Part shown: positions 37,202 to 46,172 of the stretch, one piece after another
How the letters are laid out: each line of letters opens with the position of its first letter
Position numbering within the stretch: the stretch's first letter is position 1
Assembly: GCA_023231065.1 (NCBI GenBank)
Contig: JALNWE010000002.1
Location: 30,952-94,951 of the forward strand
Direction: 5' to 3'
Source: Bacteroidales bacterium
GTDB taxonomy: Bacteria > Bacteroidota > Bacteroidia > Bacteroidales > FEN-979
DNA: 64,000 nucleotides
The notes under the pieces: model-generated
What the model saw: the letters and a program-made list of their open reading frames with translations, nothing else
The model's database searches: none
What the model was told of the DNA's origin: nothing
Program-made: the position numbers and the translations under genes

Positions 37202-38431
37202 TCAAATGGCAGTGACCAGGAACCGGTTTACCCGGTTGAAAACCCTCTCAAATCCTTCGGTTACCTGAGAAGCGATCTTCAGGTCAGACGGGAAAGGATT
37301 TTCGTGCCGGTAGGTATAAGGAAAATCAAAAACTTCGACCGCCACCGGTATGTTTCTCTGGCTCCCCTGGAGGGTATTGATGACTTCATAAAAGGGGACC
37401 ACGACATCTTTTTCCAGGGGGATGGCCAGGATCTGATGGCTGATCTTCCGGATTGTATCTTCCCTTTCTTTCCGCATCACATTGTAATTCAACATGGATA
37501 AAAAACAAAATCCTTCCGGATGTTCACCCTTTAGATAATGGCGGAGGTGAAGATCGTTCTTCAGGTGGTTCTCAAGGTGTTCAATGATATAGGAATACAA
37601 GGCAACATTGGCTTCGCTGTCTAAAATGAATCGCGATACCGGCGACAAACGGTTAAAAACAGCCCCACCGCAAAAAAGACACAATTTTGAAGATGAAAAA
37701 TAATCCTTATAATTGGTCATCATCAGGATCTGGGCTAACAATCCACCGATAGAATAAGCGAAAATATCGTATCTGGCTGTTTTACCGATAAAAGGATGAT
37801 TCCCCGATTTGATCTGTTTAAGCAGCTGGATCACATCATAGTATGCCTGAAGCCCTGACCAGAAAAAACGTTGGGGTTTGGCGTGTATCCTGGCGCTGAT
37901 GGCCACATTGGAAAAAGTGCTTGAAACAAGGTTCGGAAAAACTTTCCTGCGCTCTTCGCTAAGCCGTTGCATCTTTCGCGAATCGGACCAGACCAGGGGG
38001 GCGCGGTTCATGTGAAAGGCGAAAGGGAACAGCACCACGGCCTTACCGGTGCCTTCCACGATCTTACGGGCCCAGGGCATATATTTATCCCATGTTTTTT
38101 CGTTGAAGCCATGGAACATCAGTATAAAATCCGTGATAGGATGATCGGCAACCGGGGCAATAATGTGATAGCGGAACTGTTTGTTTTCATTAACCTGAGA
38201 ATCATGAATATCGAGCAAGGGATGAACAACCAGTGGATTGCGGAAGGCATGTTCATCTGTTGACCGGAAATTGTGCGAAGGACAAAAATATTCAGCTTCT
38301 CCAGGTAGGATTGCCGCATTTTCAGAGACAAAGGAACAATTCCGGAGAACAACTTCTTCATCAAGGGGTATAGTATCCTGTTCAAAAACAGCCTTCCCTT
38401 TCAGATCAGTGTAAATTTGAGCGTATTCCAT
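37202..38431 (-). CDS. Alpha/beta-hydrolase-fold protein of unknown function
   Basis: 409 aa with a nucleophile-elbow-like IFAYSIGGLLAQ (AxSxG) preceded by FILMFHGFNE. No signal peptide is present. Confidence 0.5.
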   Translation of the reverse strand: MEYAQIYTDLKGKAVFEQDTIPLDEEVVLRNCSFVSENAAILPGEAEYFCPSHNFRSTDEHAFRNPLVVHPLLDIHDSQVNENKQFRYHIIAPVADHPITDFILMFHGFNEKTWDKYMPWARKIVEGTGKAVVLFPFAFHMNRAPLVWSDSRKMQRLSEERRKVFPNLVSSTFSNVAISARIHAKPQRFFWSGLQAYYDVIQLLKQIKSGNHPFIGKTARYDIFAYSIGGLLAQILMMTNYKDYFSSSKLCLFCGGAVFNRLSPVSRFILDSEANVALYSYIIEHLENHLKNDLHLRHYLKGEHPEGFCFLSMLNYNVMRKEREDTIRKISHQILAIPLEKDVVVPFYEVINTLQGSQRNIPVAVEVFDFPYTYRHENPFPSDLKIASQVTEGFERVFNRVNRFLVTAI

Positions 38432-38564
38432 TTCCGGTGATTTTCTGAATAAAGCAGGAAAAATTTATAACGCTTTAATGAGGTAAATATTGCAGTTTAA
38501 TCTCAACGGCCCCCCTGAAAGGTAATTTCAACTTTGAACCGGGTCCGAAAAGTCAAATCTTTCA

Positions 38565-38645
38565 TTTTACCGCGAAGACGCAAAGACACAAATATATCAT
38601 ATCCAATTATTTAAAATTTTGCACCTTAGCGACTTGGCGGTAAAA
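38565..38645. repeat. Imperfect inverted repeat (two ~28-nt arms TTTTACCGCGAAGACGCAAAGACACAAA / TTTTGCACCTTAGCGACTTGGCGGTAAAA, with a 24-nt AT-rich loop)
   Basis: The arms were compared by eye. The outer 16 nt match 14/16 as a reverse complement, and the inner part is weaker. Confidence 0.6.
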
Positions 38646-38678
38646 AGTGGTTTTCGGAGTGGACTCAATCTTAAAGTA

Positions 38679-38686
38679 TATATTTG
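38679..38686 (+). promoter_or_regulatory. -7 promoter box TATATTTG upstream of the NUDIX gene
   Basis: Exact TAnnTTTG match ending 8 nt before the ATG at 38695. This supports that start over the GTG at 38647. Confidence 0.4.
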
Positions 38687-38694
38687 CATTCATT

Positions 38695-39162
38695 ATGAAC
38701 GCCCCCCGTTTCAACATCCGCGTTTACGGTTTTCTGACCGATGACCGAAAAGTGCTGGTGACCGATGAATTCCGGCTTGGGGTATTTATGACAAAATTTC
38801 CCGGGGGAGGGTTACAATTTGGCGAAGGGACCATCGACTGCCTGAAAAGAGAATTCCTGGAAGAATTGCACGTGAAAATCGAGGTGATTTCTCATTACTA
38901 CACCACTGACTTTTTTCAACCGACCGTATTACTGCCTTCCAACCAGCAACTGATAAGCATCTATTACCGCGTGTCGGCTCCAAAACCATATCTTTTTCCG
39001 GTAACTGATATCCGGTATGACATCCCGGAAATCGATGGGGCGCAAAGTTTCAGATGGTTGAAAATCAGTGATCTTTCGGAAAATGAATTTACTTTTCCGG
39101 TGGATAAATACATCTCCCGCCGGCTCAGGGATGAGGTTGAAACAGGGTTTGAGGATTGGTAA
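38695..39162 (+). CDS. NUDIX hydrolase
   Basis: The Nudix box GGGLQFGEGTIDCLKREFLEELHV matches Gx5Ex7REUxEExGU. Confidence 0.85.
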   Translation: MNAPRFNIRVYGFLTDDRKVLVTDEFRLGVFMTKFPGGGLQFGEGTIDCLKREFLEELHVKIEVISHYYTTDFFQPTVLLPSNQQLISIYYRVSAPKPYLFPVTDIRYDIPEIDGAQSFRWLKISDLSENEFTFPVDKYISRRLRDEVETGFEDW

Positions 39163-39318
39163 TCCGGAAGGCTATGGCCAAGATCCGTGGGGTAAACCGG
39201 GCGCTGTATGCTGAGATGGCCTATAACGGTTCACCTTCCATTCTCACCGATGGGTTGTGGATACCGGTCCTGGGCGCTGGTTAATACATGGTTATAAACT
39301 ATTGATTATCTATCATTA

Positions 39319-40065
39319 ATGAAGATGAATAAAATCGCGTACATTATTTTTTGTTTGATTGGGTCGGTCCTTTTCTATTCCTGTTCCCATGCGCCTGAAA
39401 ACGAGGCCATAATTACAGGGAAATTGAATGATGGCAAAGGAGAAAAATTAGTCCTGACGGAGCTGGATACAAAAATTGTAAAAAGGATCGATTCTGTTAT
39501 CTGCGATGCCGGAGGTTCTTTCAGGTTCAGGGTAAAGTTACCGGAACCCGGTTTTTATATGCTCCATGCTCTTTCGAGAAAAGTGTTGGTTTTAATGCTT
39601 CATCCGGGAGACACTGTAAAAGTGTCCGGAAGTTTTTCTTCTTTCCCCGATCATGTTATGATCGAAGGCCCGGATGAAACCAGATGGCTTGCGGACTTTT
39701 TTCGTTTTACGCGGGGGCAGGAACGGAAAGTCGATTCCCTGGAGATGTTACTGGTGGAAAAGCAGGACAGCTCCGGCTATTTTGAACTCACTGAAAAACT
39801 GGATACGGTTTTTAAATCAATCTGGGAACGGCAACGGGAAGAGGAAAAACGATTCATTGACCAGCATCCCAATTCAATGGCATCGCTGATCGTTTTAAAT
39901 TATGCTTTCGGCCTGAATACCGTGTTAAACCCGGATGACGATTTCCCGTGGTTCGAAAAACTCGATTCTGCGCTGACCCTCTCCTACCCGGAAAATAAGC
40001 ATGTAAAGTATCACCATCAACGGATGCTTGAGATTAAAAAGAAACGCTCCCGGATTTTTTTGTAA
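39319..40065 (+). CDS. Lipoprotein of unknown function (DUF4369-like N-terminal domain)
   Basis: 248 aa with a lipobox-like SVLFYSC. The N-terminal IITGKLNDGKGEKLVLTELD resembles the domain found in front of TlpA-like oxidoreductases, but no CxxC thioredoxin domain is present. Confidence 0.45.
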   Translation: MKMNKIAYIIFCLIGSVLFYSCSHAPENEAIITGKLNDGKGEKLVLTELDTKIVKRIDSVICDAGGSFRFRVKLPEPGFYMLHALSRKVLVLMLHPGDTVKVSGSFSSFPDHVMIEGPDETRWLADFFRFTRGQERKVDSLEMLLVEKQDSSGYFELTEKLDTVFKSIWERQREEEKRFIDQHPNSMASLIVLNYAFGLNTVLNPDDDFPWFEKLDSALTLSYPENKHVKYHHQRMLEIKKKRSRIFL

Positions 40066-40083
40066 TTTGCTCAAAATTTTCTG

Positions 40084-40839
40084 ATGGAGAAAAAGGTCTA
40101 TTTCGTTTCAGATTTCCATTTTGGCATTCCGGATGCCAGGAAGAGCCTTGAACGGGAAAAAAAATTCATTTCCTGGTTGGAGATGGTCTGGCCGGATGCC
40201 GGTGAAATTTTCCTGATGGGCGACCTGTTTGATTTCTGGTTCGAATATAAAACGGTCATTCCGCGGGGCCACGCCAGGTTGTTAGGAGCGCTTGCTGCCT
40301 TGTCCGATGCCGGGATCCCCATCCATCTTTTTCGCGGAAATCACGATATGTGGGCCTTTGATTACCTGCAATCGGAGTTGAACATACAATTACACCGCGA
40401 TCCGGAATTCAGGACTATCAACGGAAAACATTTTTATTTAGCCCATGGCGACGGGCTTGGACCCGGTGACCAGGGGTACAAATTTATTAAGAACGTTTTT
40501 GCGTGCCGTCTTAATCAGTTGCTTTTCAGATGGCTACATCCAGACATGGGGATCAGGTTGGCTTTATTCTGGTCCCGGAAAAGCCGTTACGCTGCCATGG
40601 AAAAAGAAAAAAAAGCGGAAGACCGGAATTTAAAACTCATTCAAAAAAGGATTATAGTGCATTCCCGGGAACTTATAACCACTCATCCTGAGCTGGATTA
40701 CCTGGTATATGGACATTACCATTATCCTTATAATGAAAAAATAAGTGAAAAGGCCTGTCTGGTTGTTTTAGGCGACTGGTTAACCCATTTCACCTATGGG
40801 GTTTTTAACGGGGAAAAACTGGAGTTGAAAACTTTCTGA
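40084..40839 (+). CDS. lpxH: UDP-2,3-diacylglucosamine diphosphatase (metallophosphoesterase)
   Basis: 251 aa with the motifs VSDFHFG, MGDLFDFWFEYK and RGNHDMW. Confidence 0.8.
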   Translation: MEKKVYFVSDFHFGIPDARKSLEREKKFISWLEMVWPDAGEIFLMGDLFDFWFEYKTVIPRGHARLLGALAALSDAGIPIHLFRGNHDMWAFDYLQSELNIQLHRDPEFRTINGKHFYLAHGDGLGPGDQGYKFIKNVFACRLNQLLFRWLHPDMGIRLALFWSRKSRYAAMEKEKKAEDRNLKLIQKRIIVHSRELITTHPELDYLVYGHYHYPYNEKISEKACLVVLGDWLTHFTYGVFNGEKLELKTF

Positions 40840-40947
40840 AAGGAGAAGTCCGGGAGGCCGGGTACGAGATACGCGATGAAGGATGCGTCAGAATTGATAT
40901 TTTTATATGGAAGTTATGAGTTGTTACTTTGATTTCTGAAAAAATCT

Positions 40948-40955
40948 TATCTTTG
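40948..40955 (+). promoter_or_regulatory. -7 promoter box TATCTTTG upstream of the ferredoxin gene
   Basis: Exact TAnnTTTG match, 60 nt upstream of the ATG at 41015. Confidence 0.4.
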
Positions 40956-41014
40956 CATTATATTTCAATATTAACCCAGCCTCCGATTGTTTGGGGCACA
41001 AATTAAATAAAGTC

Positions 41015-41182
41015 ATGGCTTACAAAATCTCTGATGATTGCACTGCTTGCGGAACCTGCATCGATGAATGTCCCGTTGAAGCTATTTCTGAAGGTGATAT
41101 TTATAAAATTGATCCTGAAATTTGCACAGAATGTGGTTCATGTGCCGATGTTTGCCCGGTAGAAGCAATCCATCCGGAATAA
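41015..41182 (+). CDS. 2x[4Fe-4S] ferredoxin
   Basis: 55 aa from the ATG at 41015, with CTACGTCIDECP and CTECGSCADVCP. Confidence 0.9.
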   Translation: MAYKISDDCTACGTCIDECPVEAISEGDIYKIDPEICTECGSCADVCPVEAIHPE

Positions 41183-41204
41183 ACTATTCCAGGTCCGAAG
41201 AAAA

Positions 41205-41237
41205 GGTGGCTTCATCAACATGAAACCACCTTTTTTC
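41205..41237 (+). terminator. Rho-independent terminator after the ferredoxin gene
   Basis: Hairpin GGTGGCTTCAT-CAAC-ATGAAACCACC (11 bp with 1 mismatch) followed by TTTTTT. Confidence 0.7.
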
Positions 41238-41363
41238 ATTTGATTTTATTTCACCTGTTGATAATCCGGGAACCGGCGCCCTTACCGGAATTCAAATTTT
41301 TCCGGAGTATGATACAGGTTCTTATAAAAAGCTTAATTTCGTAAAACTAAAAGATATAATCCT

Positions 41364-43214
41364 ATGGCTAAGAAAAAAAGACCTGTTGTTGAACGGGAAG
41401 ATGTAGTTGTAAAGTTTGTCGGCGATTCCGGCGATGGAATGCAGCTCATCGGGAACATGTTTTCAGATGTTGCAGCCCTGATCGGGAATGACCTTGCCAC
41501 TTTCCCCGATTTTCCTGCTGAAATCCGGGCCCCACAGAATACAGTTGCAGGCGTCTCTGGTTTTCAGGTACACATGGGAAGTTCTAAAATTTTTACAACC
41601 GGTGATTTGGTTGACGTTTTAGTTGCCATGAATCCCGCTTCCCTGAAAGCGAACCTGAAATGGGCAAAAAAAGGGGCTACCATTCTGACCGATACTGATG
41701 CTTTTGAAGAAAAAGCTATCGAAAAGGCCGGCTACAAGCAGGACCCACTCCTTGATAATACCCTGGCCGGCTATAATCTGATCAAAGCCCCTCTTACTAC
41801 ATTAACCAAGGAAAGCCTGAAAGAGCTGGGCGTTGACAATAAAACGGCTGAACGGAGCAAAAATATGTTTGCGCTGGGTATCCTCTATTTTATTTTCAAC
41901 CGCGACCTGAAACCCTCTTTCCATTATTTCGAACAAAAATTCAAAAAGAAACCGGAGCTGATCCAGACCAACAAGATTGTGCTTCAGGCAGGATATAATT
42001 ATGCCGAGACAATCGAAGCCATTGAATCCGTTATCCAGGTAGCTCCCGCTACAATGACAAAAGGCCGGTACCGCAATATCACCGGGAATATAGCTACTGC
42101 ATGGGGTTTGTTGGCTGCTTCTGAAAAATCAGGAAGGCCGCTTTTCCTGGGATCTTATCCCATCACACCGGCAACTGATATCCTGATTGAGTTAGCCAAG
42201 TATAAATCCCTGGGCGCAAAGGTTTTTCAGGCTGAAGATGAAATAGCCGGTATCTGTTCTGCTATTGGCGCATCTTACGCCGGATCATTAGCCTGTACCT
42301 CAACATCGGGTCCGGGATTATCACTAAAATGCGAAGCCATCGGGTTGGCTGTTATGACGGAATTACCATTGGTCATCGTGAATGTTCAGCGTGGAGGGCC
42401 CTCCACGGGGTTGCCCACCAAATCGGAACAGAGCGATTTGTATCAGGCGCTTTTCGGACGTAACGGGGAATGTCCGGTGATCGTGATTGCCGCCTCGACC
42501 GCCGAAAATTGTTTCTATTACGCCTATGAGGCCGCTAAATTATCTCTTGAACACATGACGCCGGTTATCCTCCTTACAGATGGATACCTGGGGTTCGGGT
42601 CGACCCTGTTCAGGATCCCAAAAATGGCCGATATGCCCCCTATTAACCCTCCTATTGCCAAACCAAATGATCCTGAATACAAACCCTATAAACGCGATCC
42701 GGAAACCCTGGCACGCCAGTGGGCTATTCCCGGAACTGAAGGATTAAGGCACCGTATCGGAGGACTTGAAAAAGAAGATATCATTGGAACAGTTTCCACC
42801 GACCCGCTGAACCACCAAAAAATGGTCGATTACCGCGCCGCCAAAGTGGAAAAAGTTGCTGATTTCATCCCCGATCAAGTCATTGATGGTTCTCCTGAAG
42901 GTGAATTATTAGCGGTTAGCTGGGGAGGAACTTATGGCGCCGTCCATTCCGCGGTAAAAAAACTTCAGAATGAAGGAAAATCCATAAGTCATGCACATTT
43001 TCATCACATTATGCCCCTCCCGAAAAACACGGAAAAAGTATTGAAAGGCTTTAAGAAGATCGTGGTTTGTGAGCTTAATAGCGGGCAGTTTGTCAATTAT
43101 CTCCGGATGAAATTCCCCATGCCGAATTTTTACCAATTCAACAAAGTGCAGGGACTGCCTTTTATGATCAATGAGTTAACGGAAAAATTCAACCAACTTT
43201 TAGAGGAGAAATAA
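41364..43214 (+). CDS. korA: 2-oxoglutarate/2-oxoacid:ferredoxin oxidoreductase alpha subunit (fused gamma-alpha type)
   Basis: 616 aa. A gamma-like N-terminal domain (VVKFVGDSGDGMQLIG) is fused to an alpha domain (LGSYPITPATDI). Confidence 0.85.
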   Translation: MAKKKRPVVEREDVVVKFVGDSGDGMQLIGNMFSDVAALIGNDLATFPDFPAEIRAPQNTVAGVSGFQVHMGSSKIFTTGDLVDVLVAMNPASLKANLKWAKKGATILTDTDAFEEKAIEKAGYKQDPLLDNTLAGYNLIKAPLTTLTKESLKELGVDNKTAERSKNMFALGILYFIFNRDLKPSFHYFEQKFKKKPELIQTNKIVLQAGYNYAETIEAIESVIQVAPATMTKGRYRNITGNIATAWGLLAASEKSGRPLFLGSYPITPATDILIELAKYKSLGAKVFQAEDEIAGICSAIGASYAGSLACTSTSGPGLSLKCEAIGLAVMTELPLVIVNVQRGGPSTGLPTKSEQSDLYQALFGRNGECPVIVIAASTAENCFYYAYEAAKLSLEHMTPVILLTDGYLGFGSTLFRIPKMADMPPINPPIAKPNDPEYKPYKRDPETLARQWAIPGTEGLRHRIGGLEKEDIIGTVSTDPLNHQKMVDYRAAKVEKVADFIPDQVIDGSPEGELLAVSWGGTYGAVHSAVKKLQNEGKSISHAHFHHIMPLPKNTEKVLKGFKKIVVCELNSGQFVNYLRMKFPMPNFYQFNKVQGLPFMINELTEKFNQLLEEK

Positions 43215-43215
43215 C

Positions 43216-44253
43216 ATGGATTTTGTAAATATGACCGTTGAACGTTCGAATGTTCAACTTTCCAAAACTGATTTTGAAAGTGACCAGATGGTGAAATGGT
43301 GTCCGGGATGTGGCGCTCATGCCATTCTTGCTGCGGTGGAACGGGTCTTCCCGAAAATCGGATACCGGAAAGAAAATTTTTGTATCATTTCCGGGATCGG
43401 ATGTTCTTCCCGTTTCCCATATTATGTTAATACATACGGGATCCATGGCATACACGGTCGGGCCGCTGCTATTTCTACCGGCGTTAAAATTGCCAATCCG
43501 CGTCTCAGCGTTTGGATGGCAACCGGCGACGGCGATTCCCTTGCCATTGGAGGCAACCATTTCATTCATGTTATCCGGCGCAATGTCGATATTAATATTC
43601 TTTTATTCAACAACCAGATTTATGGATTGACAAAAGGACAATATTCGCCAACCACGCCAATGGGAAAAGTGACCAAAACTTCACCCCAGGGGACCATTGA
43701 ACATCCATTTACCGTGGGTGAGCTGGTGATGGGCGCACAGGGCACTTTTTTTGCCCGGGTCCCAGATAACAACATCAACCTCATGACCGATGCGATGTTT
43801 GAAGCAGCCCGTCATGACGGCACTTCTATTATTGAGATCATGCAAAACTGTATCATCTTTGCCGATAAGGCCCATAGCAATATTACGGGGAAAGATGTCA
43901 AAGATGAAGCCATGCTCGTGCTTAAAAACGGAGAGCCAATGCTTTTCGGAAAAAATCATGAAAAGGGAATTATCCTTCATGATACCCATCTGGAAGTGGC
44001 CGAAATTGGTAAAAACGGAATTACCCTGGATGATATCCTGGTCCATGATCAATATAACCAGGATCCCGGCATACACCTGATGTTGGCCAAACTGGCGCCC
44101 CCGCAGTTCCCCATGGTTTTCGGCGTGATCCGTTCAGCCATGTACCCGACCTATGATGACCTGGTCGGCGAACAGATAAAATACGCCCGCGAAACATCTA
44201 ACATCCGGAATGTGGATGACCTGTTGAATTCAGGAGATACCTGGGAAATATAA
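43216..44253 (+). CDS. korB: 2-oxoglutarate/2-oxoacid:ferredoxin oxidoreductase beta subunit
   Basis: 345 aa with WCPGCGAHAIL and the TPP motif ATGDGDSLAIGGNH..NNQIYGLTKGQ. It starts 1 nt after the korA stop. Confidence 0.88.
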   Translation: MDFVNMTVERSNVQLSKTDFESDQMVKWCPGCGAHAILAAVERVFPKIGYRKENFCIISGIGCSSRFPYYVNTYGIHGIHGRAAAISTGVKIANPRLSVWMATGDGDSLAIGGNHFIHVIRRNVDINILLFNNQIYGLTKGQYSPTTPMGKVTKTSPQGTIEHPFTVGELVMGAQGTFFARVPDNNINLMTDAMFEAARHDGTSIIEIMQNCIIFADKAHSNITGKDVKDEAMLVLKNGEPMLFGKNHEKGIILHDTHLEVAEIGKNGITLDDILVHDQYNQDPGIHLMLAKLAPPQFPMVFGVIRSAMYPTYDDLVGEQIKYARETSNIRNVDDLLNSGDTWEI

Positions 44254-44269
44254 CATCAGGCAGCCCGGT

Positions 44270-46030
44270 TTATTTCCCGGGCAAGGTGAACGCGAAACTA
44301 CTGCCAGTCCCAGGTAAACTGGTGACACTGATGGCGCCTCCGTGTTTTTCAACAAACTCTTTGCACAGGATCAGCCCCAATCCCGTACCTTTTTCATTGG
44401 ATGTTCCGGGAACTGATACCAGGCTGTCCATATTGAAAAGTTTTCTGACCATCTCCTCTGGCATCCCGGTTCCGTTATCCGTTACCATGATCTCAACCTG
44501 ACGGTCCTTCTTTTCCGCGGTAACTTCAACCTGGCCACCGGAATTGGTAAATTTTATGCCATTTGATAAAAGGTTCCGGAGGATTGCGCCCACCATATTT
44601 TTATCAGCAAAAACCTTTTGGTCCGGAGCAACCCGGTTCAATAACATGATCCCCTTGCTTTGTGCATTCAGCCTTAGTAACAGGATGGCCTCATTGACCA
44701 GTAAATTCAGGTTGAGTTCTTCCGGTATAAAGGGCGTCCGGCCAAGTTGGATCCTTGACCATTCAAGCAGGTTTTCAAGGAGGCCCAGGGCGCTTTTTGA
44801 TGCGATGCTTATGTTAACGGCAAACTGTTTGCGCTCCTTGTCGCTAAATTCGTCGTATGATTCCGCTAACAGTTCTGAAAAACCCAGGATAGAATTGAAT
44901 GGGCTACGCAGATCATGTCCAATGATGGAATACAGTTTATCCTTCATGGCATTCATCTCAGTGAGTTCATCCGCTAATTTTTCTAATTGAAACTCATTCT
45001 CCTTTCGGATGGTTATATCATGTAATATCAATAGGCTACCCAGGTATTTTTCCTTATCACTTTTCATCGGGTTGTGCATGATCTCGAACCATCGCGAAAC
45101 AGGTGGATCCATCCATAGTTCCTGACGATATTCCGAATCCTCCGGTTTGCCTTCCAGCGATCGGGAAAGTGAAGGCAACGCCAGATCAAATCCCTGGCCT
45201 ATAATATTTTCGCGGATCATGAACATATCCATTGCAACCGGATTAATGTCCATAATAAAATGGCGCAGATCCAATACTATGGCGCCATCTGTCATTTTTT
45301 CGATCATCAGCCGATGACCTACCGGGACAATATCGAACATTTGTTCGCTGGCAATACCCCAGAAAAAAAGAATTCCGGAAACCAAAATACCCATCGGAGA
45401 AATATCCAACCCTTCTAAAGGCGCAAAACCAATGGTATAGATCAACCCCGTAAGCAAAGGGAACAGAGAACCAACAATGAGAAACCATGTTTTCGATTTG
45501 AAATAACGACGCCGTTTTCTCACAAAGGAGATTAGTAAAATATTTCCTAACACCGTGATCAGCAGGGAATAGATCATAGCGAAATAGAATACCGGGCCAT
45601 GATGGTAAATCAACACGTTTTCTCCCATCGGGCTCCACGAAAACCCGGTCCATATAAGGGAATGGTAGCTACTCGAAAATACAAGCAAGAGAGTGAACAA
45701 AGGGACAATCAGGAATAAACCAAAATGGCGCTTGATCCACGAGGCGCCTCCCAGGTCATAAGATAATATAAATCGAAGGAACATCAACGGGATACCCATA
45801 TTGCAAAAATACTCCAACCGCGACCAGAAAATCTTTTCCGGGATCGTAGGAACGGCTGATTCAAAAACCAGGATCAATGACCAGAATGCCCCAAGGGCCA
45901 TCATCCATAAAAAAGGGCCGCGTCCCCTGATCGACGGTATCCTATATACGGTAAAAACAACCTGAAGGCTTATGATCGCAGTAGCGAAATGGATCCATGT
46001 TATATAAGTAATCTGCCAGTTCATGCTCAA
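44270..46030 (-). CDS. Sensor histidine kinase with N-terminal 7TM domain and PAS-like segment (no cognate regulator in window)
   Basis: 586 aa with about 7 N-terminal TM helices, the H-box YSIIGHDLRSPFNSI, the N-box LRNLLSNGIKFT and G-boxes DNGTGMP / GTGLGL. Confidence 0.85.
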   Translation of the reverse strand: MSMNWQITYITWIHFATAIISLQVVFTVYRIPSIRGRGPFLWMMALGAFWSLILVFESAVPTIPEKIFWSRLEYFCNMGIPLMFLRFILSYDLGGASWIKRHFGLFLIVPLFTLLLVFSSSYHSLIWTGFSWSPMGENVLIYHHGPVFYFAMIYSLLITVLGNILLISFVRKRRRYFKSKTWFLIVGSLFPLLTGLIYTIGFAPLEGLDISPMGILVSGILFFWGIASEQMFDIVPVGHRLMIEKMTDGAIVLDLRHFIMDINPVAMDMFMIRENIIGQGFDLALPSLSRSLEGKPEDSEYRQELWMDPPVSRWFEIMHNPMKSDKEKYLGSLLILHDITIRKENEFQLEKLADELTEMNAMKDKLYSIIGHDLRSPFNSILGFSELLAESYDEFSDKERKQFAVNISIASKSALGLLENLLEWSRIQLGRTPFIPEELNLNLLVNEAILLLRLNAQSKGIMLLNRVAPDQKVFADKNMVGAILRNLLSNGIKFTNSGGQVEVTAEKKDRQVEIMVTDNGTGMPEEMVRKLFNMDSLVSVPGTSNEKGTGLGLILCKEFVEKHGGAISVTSLPGTGSSFAFTLPGK

Positions 46031-46065
46031 AGAGGTTTATTCCCGCGACGACAAATAAAAATTAT

Positions 46066-46073
46066 CCAAAGAT
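46066..46073 (-). promoter_or_regulatory. -7 promoter box TATCTTTG (minus strand) upstream of the histidine kinase gene
   Basis: The plus strand reads CAAAGATA, 36 nt upstream of the start at 46030. Confidence 0.35.
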
Positions 46074-46145
46074 AATTAAAGCACGGCATTTCGGAAATCA
46101 CCATTTGATTTTAATAAGACAGCGTCAAAACTCCCAATAATTCAG

Positions 46146-46153
46146 TAATTTTG
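46146..46153 (+). promoter_or_regulatory. -7 promoter box TAATTTTG upstream of tilS
   Basis: Exact TAnnTTTG match, 20 nt upstream of the ATG at 46173. Confidence 0.4.
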
Positions 46154-46172
46154 TTATATCATCTATTTGAAT

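Noticed and set aside
39163-39318. A possible TPP riboswitch (CTGAGA and GGTTAATAC words).
   Set aside because: The spacing and the conserved ACCTGATCTGGATAATGCCAGCG-type core are not present. The downstream gene is an unrelated lipoprotein rather than a thiamine gene.
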